Below are positions 56,382-64,000 of a stretch of 64,000 nucleotides of DNA, in pieces. This DNA is from an uncultured Bacillota bacterium. GTDB taxonomy: Bacteria; Bacillota; DTU025; MWDF01. The notes beneath the pieces are model-generated. The model was not told where the DNA came from. It saw nothing but the letters and a program-made list of their open reading frames with translations, and did no database searches. The stretch lies in contig CAWGMK010000013.1 in NCBI GenBank assembly GCA_963823655.1, forward strand, positions 96,001 through 160,000, in the 5' to 3' direction. The position numbers were made by a program, and so were the translations under genes. Position 1 is the stretch's first letter. The number at the start of each line of letters is the position of its first letter.

Positions 56382-58766
56382 ATGGGGGATAATAGTTTGG
56401 ACGCAAGGACATTAAGAGTACTTGAATGGAGCAAGGTTCTGGCGGAATTGGCCGAATGCTGTGCCACGGAGCTGGGGCGCAGCCATGTGGGTGAACTGCT
56501 TCCGTTTACCGATAGGTTACTAGCCCTTGAAGCGCTTAAGGAGACCTCATGCGCGAGGTCATTTTTGGATTCCAGCCGGCAGGTGCTCTTCGGAGGGGTT
56601 AAGGATGTAAGGTCAACGGCAGTGAAAGCCGATAAGGGCCTGATCCTATCCGGTATGGAGCTTGCGGATATCCATGGGCTCATAAGCAGGGCAAGGGCAG
56701 TCAAGAGGCAGTTTACGGCTTTGGAGGACCAGTTTGAAGCTTTAAAGAATCTGGTTTGGAACATCAGGGAGCACAAGGAGCTGGAAAACGAGCTTGCCAT
56801 AAGCATAGGCTCCGGCGGGGAAGTGCTGGACAGCGCAAGCTCTGAGCTTGCAAAGCTTAGGTCCAGGATTACCTCTCTGAACTCAAGGCTGAGAGATAAG
56901 CTGGATGATCTTGTGAGAAGGCCGGAGATTGCAAAATACTTGCAGGAACCCATAGTATCGCTTCGAGGAGGCAGGTTCGTAGTCCCGGTAAGGGCTGAGT
57001 TCAAGAACCAGATAAAAGGAATAATCCACGACCAAAGTGCCTCTGGGGCAACTTTGTTCATAGAGCCTCTTTCCATAGTGGAAGCCAATAACGACCTCAG
57101 GGAGGCGGAAGCCAAGGAAGAGGCCGAGGTCGAAAAGGTATTGGCCAGGCTGTCAGGCCTTGTAGGAGACGCCGCCGACGATATTACGCTTATGGTAGAC
57201 AGCCTTGGAAGATTGGACTACGCCCTTGCGAAGGGGAAATACTCACAGATTAAGGAAGCAACGGCCCCGGTCTTTGCAGATGAGATGCGCTTCCGTTTCG
57301 AAGCGGCAAGGCATCCTCTTCTTAAAGGAGAAGTCGTACCAATAGATACTTATCTGGGAGAAGGGTTCAGGGCGCTTGTCATCACCGGCCCGAATACCGG
57401 AGGAAAGACAGTTGCCCTAAAGACGATGGGGCTGCTGCAGCTGATGGCGCAAGCAGGACTGCATATCCCTGCCGAAGCCGGAAGCACTGCTGCCGTGTTC
57501 GGCTCCATTTATGCTGACATCGGCGACGAACAGAGCATAGAGCAGTCGCTTTCCACATTTTCAGGACATTTGAGAAATATCGTGGACATCCTTTCGAAGG
57601 CCGATGAGAATTCGCTTGTACTTCTTGACGAGCTGGGAGCGGGCACAGATCCGGAAGAAGGTGCAGCCCTGGCAATGGCGATACTTGAAAGGCTGTTCGC
57701 CCTCGGCTCCGCAACGGTTTCGACCACACACTATAAGGAGTTGAAGGTGTTCGCGCACTTGAACGCCGGGATGCGAAACGCTTCCGTGGAGTTCGATGTG
57801 GAGAGCCTGAAGCCAACTTACAGGCTGATGATAGGCATTCCGGGTTCATCGAACGCTTTCGCCATTGCAGAACGGCTCGGCCTGGACTCGGACCTGATAA
57901 TCAAGGCAAAAAGCCTTGTGGGCAGCGGAGACAGGAAAGTCGAGGACATGATAAACAGCCTCAGGACTGAATATGAGTCAGCTTCTTCCGCCAGGAGGGA
58001 TGCGGAGATTCTGAAAAGGCGCGCCGAGGAGAGCAGCCGCAAACTTGCGGAGGAACTGTCAAAGTTCAAATCGGACAGGGCAGATGCACTTATAAAGGCG
58101 AAGGCTGAGGCCAGGGATCTAGTATCATTCGTCCGCAAGGAAGTGGAGAAGACCATAAACGAGCTGAAGCAGAACGGACTTGCAGCGGCCGCGGACTCCG
58201 CGCGCGAGGCAAGGAAAGCGGTCGAAGCATTAAGGGGAATAGTAGACGAGGCCGAAGGATCCGAAGCGGAGCCGGAGGAGTCTATAAAGGATGAATTCGC
58301 CACACCGCTGGCGCCAGGCGACGACATCGAGGTGCTTCCTTCAGGACTTGCAGGCACATTGCTTGAGATTGCAGGCAATAGGGCGAAGGTAGCAGTTGGC
58401 TCGATAAGAACAGAATTGCCCCTTTCCAGAATTAGAAGAGCAAGGGCCAAGAAGAAGGAAACACGAACCTTGCCTGAGGCAACAAGGCAGTCCGAAATCG
58501 GAAGGCAGATGGCCCAGAACATTTCAGTTGAACTGGATTTGCGGGGGATGAAAGTAGACGAGGCTTTCGAATCCCTGGATAAAAGGATGGACGACGCAAT
58601 TCTGGCGGGTATTCCCATGCTGAGGATAATCCATGGAAAAGGCACGGGCGCTCTAAGAGCCGCTGTACGCGACAGACTAACGGGAAACGGCAATATAGAG
58701 TCCTTCAGGCTGGGAGCCGAAGGCGAGGGCGGAGACGGCGTTACAATCGTGAAGTTCAGGCAGTAG
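56382..58766 (+). CDS. mutS2: Endonuclease MutS2
   Basis: HDQSASGATLFIEP, GPNTGGKT, DIGDEQSIEQSLSTFS, DELGAGTDP, Smr domain IIHGKGTG. Confidence 0.96.
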   Translation: MGDNSLDARTLRVLEWSKVLAELAECCATELGRSHVGELLPFTDRLLALEALKETSCARSFLDSSRQVLFGGVKDVRSTAVKADKGLILSGMELADIHGLISRARAVKRQFTALEDQFEALKNLVWNIREHKELENELAISIGSGGEVLDSASSELAKLRSRITSLNSRLRDKLDDLVRRPEIAKYLQEPIVSLRGGRFVVPVRAEFKNQIKGIIHDQSASGATLFIEPLSIVEANNDLREAEAKEEAEVEKVLARLSGLVGDAADDITLMVDSLGRLDYALAKGKYSQIKEATAPVFADEMRFRFEAARHPLLKGEVVPIDTYLGEGFRALVITGPNTGGKTVALKTMGLLQLMAQAGLHIPAEAGSTAAVFGSIYADIGDEQSIEQSLSTFSGHLRNIVDILSKADENSLVLLDELGAGTDPEEGAALAMAILERLFALGSATVSTTHYKELKVFAHLNAGMRNASVEFDVESLKPTYRLMIGIPGSSNAFAIAERLGLDSDLIIKAKSLVGSGDRKVEDMINSLRTEYESASSARRDAEILKRRAEESSRKLAEELSKFKSDRADALIKAKAEARDLVSFVRKEVEKTINELKQNGLAAAADSAREARKAVEALRGIVDEAEGSEAEPEESIKDEFATPLAPGDDIEVLPSGLAGTLLEIAGNRAKVAVGSIRTELPLSRIRRARAKKKETRTLPEATRQSEIGRQMAQNISVELDLRGMKVDEAFESLDKRMDDAILAGIPMLRIIHGKGTGALRAAVRDRLTGNGNIESFRLGAEGEGGDGVTIVKFRQ

Positions 58767-58774
58767 GAGGCCGG

Positions 58775-59578
58775 ATGAAGCAGGATATACCTTTAAAGCA
58801 GAAGAGGTTGTTCCTCTTGGATATGGACGGTACGGTGTATCTCGGGAATCAGATATTCCCGGGCACGAAGCCATTCCTGGATGCAGTGAAGAGCAACGGC
58901 GCCAAGTACATATTCCTTACCAACAATTCCTCTAGAAGCAGCCAGGATTATGTAGCGAAACTGAATCGGCTAGGCATACCGACCGAAAGGCATGAAGTGT
59001 TCACATCTGTGGAAGCATCGGCAATCTACCTAAAGGAAAACCATCCAGGTAAGAGGGTGTATGCATCCGGTACGCGTGCAATGGTTAAAGAACTTGTGGA
59101 ACTTGGCATTGACGCGGTCGGCGATCCAAGGGGCGGGGAAAGCATAGTGCTGCAGGGTTTCGATACAGAGCTCGAATATAAGAAGGTTGAGAATGCATGC
59201 AGGCTGATTGACGCCGGAGCGCTGTTTCTTGCCTGCAACATAGATAAAGTCTGCCCTGTAGAGGATGGGTATATACCGGACTGCGGCTCGATTTGCGAGA
59301 TGATTACATCCGCGACAGGAAAGAGAGCTATCTTCATTGGTAAGCCTGAGGCAAGCATGATATCAGGTCTGCTAAATAGGTCCAAAACAGCTCCAGAAGA
59401 TGCTGTTATGGTCGGAGACAGGCTATACACTGATATCGCCTGCGGAATTAATGCCGGCATAGATACTGTGCTCGTCTTGTCAGGGGAGACCAGGCTGTCT
59501 GATCTAAATGGCTCAGGCTTGGAACCGACTTATGTTATGCGAGATGTAGGCGAGCTCGCAGTGGCGATCAGGAGATAA
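58775..59578 (+). CDS. HAD-IIA hydrolase (NagD-like)
   Basis: DMDGT, LTNNSS, GKP, VGDRLYTDI. Confidence 0.9.
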   Translation: MKQDIPLKQKRLFLLDMDGTVYLGNQIFPGTKPFLDAVKSNGAKYIFLTNNSSRSSQDYVAKLNRLGIPTERHEVFTSVEASAIYLKENHPGKRVYASGTRAMVKELVELGIDAVGDPRGGESIVLQGFDTELEYKKVENACRLIDAGALFLACNIDKVCPVEDGYIPDCGSICEMITSATGKRAIFIGKPEASMISGLLNRSKTAPEDAVMVGDRLYTDIACGINAGIDTVLVLSGETRLSDLNGSGLEPTYVMRDVGELAVAIRR

Positions 59579-59587
59579 GAAGTGGCA

Positions 59588-59629
59588 GAAGAAAGTACGG
59601 GGCTGCTATAACAGCCCCGTACTTTCTTC
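59588..59629. terminator. Bidirectional terminator, perfect 18-bp inverted repeat
   Basis: gaagaaagtacggggctg-ctataa-cagccccgtactttcttc between convergent genes. Confidence 0.8.
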
Positions 59630-59648
59630 ATGTATTTGTAATGATGGC

Positions 59649-61862
59649 CTAATGTATATCGCAGTATGTTGATTCTACCTGTTTGGAGTAGTTGGGGCTC
59701 CCGTCGTCATTGGCTTCATAGTAAAGATCGGCGGCCTTAACATATCTGTAAATGGCAACTGAAGAGTCAGGGCAGCTGTCCTTCGCGAACTTGCCGGATT
59801 CGGTACAGACCCTGACAAGGACAACTTCGGGTTTGGGAGCATGCACATTGCATGGATCCTTAGGTTCAGTGCCCTTGATGAAAACTTCGTTAATGACCTT
59901 CATCGCAGGGCACGAAGTCGTGGGTACAAGCCCGCTAGTTGCACAAATCTTGAAGCCTGTTATAACGCCATCCGGTACCTTGAATTTGGTTATGGGCTTG
60001 TCGGCGTAAACCTGTTTCATGAAGCCAGCCCAAACCCTGACGCAATAGTTGCTGCCAACCCGGCCAATAACGGGATATATCAAGGGCTTAACGGTATCCT
60101 CTCCTATCCAGCAGGCGGCGACGATTTCAGGGGTGTAGCCTATGAACCAGACATCGGTATCATTGTCGCCAGTGCCGGTTTTTCCGGCCGCGGGCCTTCC
60201 GATATAGCCTATCTTAGCAGTCCCTGTGGGGCTTCCGATTACAGATTCAAGCATGTTAGTCATTACATAGCTGATATTCTCGTCAAGTACTACTTCCTTA
60301 TCAGGGGACGCTTTCTCCAATAGCCTGCCATCGGGCCCTTTTATCTCCTGTATGAAGTAGGGTTCGACTTTGATGCCCCTGTTCGCCAGGATGCCGTAGG
60401 CTGCGCACATCTCAAGCGGGATGACGCCCTTTGTCTGGCCTCCAAGGGTGAGGGCAAGTCCGATGTCATTAACGCTGCCTGTTGTTACGAGGCTCGTGAT
60501 GCCCATTTTACGCGCCAGTTCAATGGCTTTAATCGGTGTCATCTGGTCAAGCAGCTGAACTGCTATAGTGTTCTTGGACTGGGCTAATGCCTCTCTTAGC
60601 CTCATAGGGCCGTCGAATAGCATGTTCCAGTTGTTAGGGGCGTAGTCTTTTCCGCCCGGTATCTTATAAACGATCTTCTTATCTTCGAGGATCGATGCCG
60701 GTGTATATCCAGATTTTAGTGCTTCCAGATATACGAAAACCTTGAAAGTTGAGCCTGAAGAACGAGTAGCCTTAAGAGCCCTGTTGTATTCATCCTCTCC
60801 ACGACCTCCTACTAAGGCGAGTATTTCGCCCGTCCTTGGGTCGATGGCTGTGAATGCGTACTGAGGGTAGCTTATCGAAATCTCGCCGTTCTTGACGGTC
60901 TTTGCGATGGGGACTTTCGCGACCAGCTCGCTTTCCGCAATCCTTTGATACTTGAGATCGAAGGTGGTCTTAACCGTAAGTCCGCCTTCATAAAGCATCT
61001 CAGAGCCATATTTCTCAAGAAGGTAGTCTCTTACCATAAAGGCAGGGTAAGAGGCTGACTGGGCGCTCTTAGACAGGCCTGCAAGCTTTACTTCCTCTTT
61101 CTTTGCGGCTTCTGCCTGCTCCGAAGTTATATAGTCCATCTTCGCCATCTCGCTAAGAATCAGGTTTCTTCTGCTTATCGCATTCTCCAGATTTCTATAA
61201 GGGCTGTATACAAGCCATCCTTTTGGTACGCCCGCCAGCAAAGCGGCTTCGGCAAGCGTTAGTTTCTCGATTGGCTTCCCGAAAAAAAGCTGTGAAGCTG
61301 CCTCGACGCCATAACACCCATGCCCGAAATATATGGCGTTCATATAGAATTCAAGGATCTCGTCTTTTGTATATCGCCTTTCAAGCTGGAAGGCGTAGAA
61401 AACCTCCCAGATCTTCCTGCTTAAAGTCTTCTCATGGGATAAGAACACATTGCGGGCGAGCTGCACCGTAATCGTGCTGCCGCCCTGTTCGGTAGTCTGA
61501 TTGGCGATATCGTACAGAAGGGCTCCGAAGATCCTTGTGACATTGATCCCTTTGTGGGTGTAGAAGCTGTGGTCTTCAATGGCAATTACCGCATCGATAA
61601 GAAATTGCGGCATATCGGAAAGCTTCCTGACGGCGCGGTTTTCGATTAGGAACTTCGTAATCACCTCGCCGTTCCTGTCATAAACAATGGACGGAAGGGC
61701 ATGTTTGACTTCAACATCCTCTACGCTAGGTGCGTTCTTAAGGTAATCGGCCAGCAGAACTGCAGTGGCGCCGGCTACTATTAACGCAAGCACAATACCG
61801 GCTACAGCAAGCCACGTAAGTAACCTCACCCATGAAAAACCGCTCTTTTTATTCCGAGACAT
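59649..61862 (-). CDS. Class A penicillin-binding protein (PBP1A family)
   Basis: EDHSFY.H.G, GGSTIT.QL, RK..E; transpeptidase STFK, SKN, KTGT. Confidence 0.93.
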   Translation of the reverse strand: MSRNKKSGFSWVRLLTWLAVAGIVLALIVAGATAVLLADYLKNAPSVEDVEVKHALPSIVYDRNGEVITKFLIENRAVRKLSDMPQFLIDAVIAIEDHSFYTHKGINVTRIFGALLYDIANQTTEQGGSTITVQLARNVFLSHEKTLSRKIWEVFYAFQLERRYTKDEILEFYMNAIYFGHGCYGVEAASQLFFGKPIEKLTLAEAALLAGVPKGWLVYSPYRNLENAISRRNLILSEMAKMDYITSEQAEAAKKEEVKLAGLSKSAQSASYPAFMVRDYLLEKYGSEMLYEGGLTVKTTFDLKYQRIAESELVAKVPIAKTVKNGEISISYPQYAFTAIDPRTGEILALVGGRGEDEYNRALKATRSSGSTFKVFVYLEALKSGYTPASILEDKKIVYKIPGGKDYAPNNWNMLFDGPMRLREALAQSKNTIAVQLLDQMTPIKAIELARKMGITSLVTTGSVNDIGLALTLGGQTKGVIPLEMCAAYGILANRGIKVEPYFIQEIKGPDGRLLEKASPDKEVVLDENISYVMTNMLESVIGSPTGTAKIGYIGRPAAGKTGTGDNDTDVWFIGYTPEIVAACWIGEDTVKPLIYPVIGRVGSNYCVRVWAGFMKQVYADKPITKFKVPDGVITGFKICATSGLVPTTSCPAMKVINEVFIKGTEPKDPCNVHAPKPEVVLVRVCTESGKFAKDSCPDSSVAIYRYVKAADLYYEANDDGSPNYSKQVESTYCDIH

Positions 61863-62279
61863 GGAAGACCTCCGAAGCGCCATAATACGCATATATTGAA
61901 ATTATACACTATATAAGAACTGCCTTACCTGTTACAAGGTTCCATAAAGAACCTGTAAACTTGTGGGCAGGGGCGCATAATGAAACACAACACGGCATTT
62001 CTTGAGGCAAGGCTAGTCTGATGATAATATTAAAAAAGTGCTGTCTTCATTACTAAGGAAGAAAGAAGTATGCTTGCTATAGTAAATGTTGAGCATTATT
62101 ACGACTTTCTTGATAAGGGATGAGAAGAGCCTGGCAGAAGCGGCACAATCACAATATTATAAAGCCCTGGAACTTGGCGAGGACCAGATTTGAAGGGAAA
62201 ATTAGAAACCATATTTAGCGCATGAGCTTTAGATAAGTTGTCAGTATTCGCGGCAAAGCCGCATATGGGGGTGTAAATC

Positions 62280-63197
62280 ATGGCTCTAGTAACCGGGAAA
62301 TCAGTATTGGACAAAGCGAATGCAGGCTATTATGCGGTCGGGGCATTCAACTTCGTTAACCTAGAAGTACTCAAGGGCATAGTATCTGCTGCGGCAGAGG
62401 AGAAATCACCTGCTCTAATAGCCTGTTCTGAAGGGGCAATCAAATACGCGGGCATTAAGAACCTGGTGGCTATGGCAAGGGCCGAGGCTGAGATTTCGGG
62501 TATGCCTCTTGTGCTCCATCTTGATCATGGCAAGGAGTTCGAGGTCATTATGCAGTGTATCAGGAATGGTTTCACTTCCGTGATGATAGATGGCTCTCAC
62601 CTTCCGCTTGAGCAGAACATCGCATTGACAAAGAAAATTGTCGAGATTGCCCATGCCGCAGGAGTGAGCGTAGAAGGGGAGCTCGGCAAACTTTCGGGAA
62701 TTGAGGACAATGTTGCTTCGAGGGAATCAATTCTAACCGATCCTGCAGAAGCGGAGCGCTTTGTTTTAGAGACGGGTGTAAATTCGCTGGCGATAGCTAT
62801 TGGAACAGCCCACGGACCCAAGAAGTTCAAGGGTGAGCCCATCTTGGAGATACCGCTTGTAGCCGAAGTCAAGAAGAGAACCGGAATTCCTCTCGTCCTC
62901 CACGGCGCTTCATCGGTACCCGCGGAAGTGCTTGAAAAAGGTATTAAGTACGGCGCAAAGTGGGAGGGCTCCAAGGGAGTCCCCGAAGCCAGCCTCGTTG
63001 AAGCCGTTAAGGGCGGGATTAATAAGGTAAATGTCGACACAGATATAAGGATGACATTCATCGGCCAGATGAGGCAGACTATGGCCGAAAAGCCCGAGAG
63101 CGTAGACTTGCGTGACATCTTCAAGCCCTGCATGGCGGCGGTTAAGGAAGTAGTCAGGTACAAGATGCGGCTGTTGGGCAGTTCCGGCAAAGCATAA
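62280..63197 (+). CDS. fba: Class II fructose-bisphosphate aldolase
   Basis: GAFN, LHLDHG, SVMIDGS, VEGELG, IGTAHG, LVLHGAS, KVNVDTD. Confidence 0.95.
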   Translation: MALVTGKSVLDKANAGYYAVGAFNFVNLEVLKGIVSAAAEEKSPALIACSEGAIKYAGIKNLVAMARAEAEISGMPLVLHLDHGKEFEVIMQCIRNGFTSVMIDGSHLPLEQNIALTKKIVEIAHAAGVSVEGELGKLSGIEDNVASRESILTDPAEAERFVLETGVNSLAIAIGTAHGPKKFKGEPILEIPLVAEVKKRTGIPLVLHGASSVPAEVLEKGIKYGAKWEGSKGVPEASLVEAVKGGINKVNVDTDIRMTFIGQMRQTMAEKPESVDLRDIFKPCMAAVKEVVRYKMRLLGSSGKA

Positions 63198-63218
63198 GGC
63201 GGTATTGCAGGGATGATT

Positions 63219-63252
63219 TAAAGCGCGCCTTTTTACGGGCGCGCTTTATTTA
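63219..63252 (+). terminator. Intrinsic terminator
   Basis: taaagcgcgcc/ggcgcgcttta stem plus T-rich tail. Confidence 0.75.
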
Positions 63253-63353
63253 TGGCTCGTAAGGCTTGCACTTCTTTGGGTGCAAAAACATATATGCCTC
63301 ATTAGCTGGGCAAACCTTATGGATTAGAGCCGAACGGAACTTGATATTTCCTC

Positions 63354-63513
63354 TTGCAAAAGGGTGCCTGACTTTGGTAAGATACTTATTGCCTCACCTT
63401 GAATGGAAGGCGGCTCTTTGAAAACCGGGAATAGGGAAGGACAGCAAACGAGGAAAAAGAGAGAGAAAGAGACTCTAAATAAGCGAGCGGGCGAAGAGGA
63501 TCTTTGAGAAACT
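63354..63513 (+). promoter_or_regulatory. rrn promoter and boxA-like elements
   Basis: TTGCAA ... TGgTAAGAT; GCTCTTTGAAAAC (63413) and GATCTTTGAGAAACT (63499). Confidence 0.65.
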
Positions 63514-63575
63514 TGTCAGCGGATGAAAAAAAGCTAGGTTAGAGCAGACCTCTAATGGGGTTTAGCGATAAACTT

Positions 63576-64000
<425 letters not shown>

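Noticed and set aside
56375-58693. Long antisense ORFs (246 and 291 aa) opposite mutS2, and similar shadow ORFs elsewhere
   Set aside because: Ser-rich reverse-frame artefacts of codon bias in well-supported genes
59588-59629. 18-bp perfect inverted repeat as a MITE/REP or CRISPR repeat
   Set aside because: Single copy between convergent genes; fits a bidirectional terminator
62086-62193. 35-codon ORF MLSIITTFLIRDEKSLAEAAQSQYYKALELGEDQI upstream of fba
   Set aside because: No properly spaced RBS or recognisable motif; cannot be distinguished from chance

Overview
Mostly core chromosome (roughly 50% GC by eye) of an anaerobic Bacillota-type bacterium: yhaM, ymfF/H, T-box pheST, zapA-cvpA-mutS2, rph-rdgB-tRNA-Pro, purA, korDABC, glnA, fba and the 5' end of a 16S rRNA. 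It also carries a pxpA-ycsI-pxpB-pxpC oxoprolinase operon, divergent MetNIQ-like and Zn-type ABC transporters, and a trimeric [FeFe]-hydrogenase whose HydB/NuoF subunit is fused to a GltD/NfnB-like NADPH flavoprotein. I saw no integrase, transposase, CRISPR array or prophage. Four single-base frameshifts (DUF4438, hydB, znuC, essential pheT) most likely reflect assembly indels. Best novelty candidates: (1) a ~330-nt two-domain structured leader before metNIQ that lacks S-box/T-box motifs and has a uORF whose Met-Cys-Met codons overlap a strand with two alternative pairing partners; (2) the HydB-GltD hydrogenase; (3) an ArsR regulator with a long tail ending in a clamp-binding-like motif; (4) a pair of beta-sandwich-like lipoproteins divergent from a patatin. 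All calls come from motif reading by eye; no searches were run.
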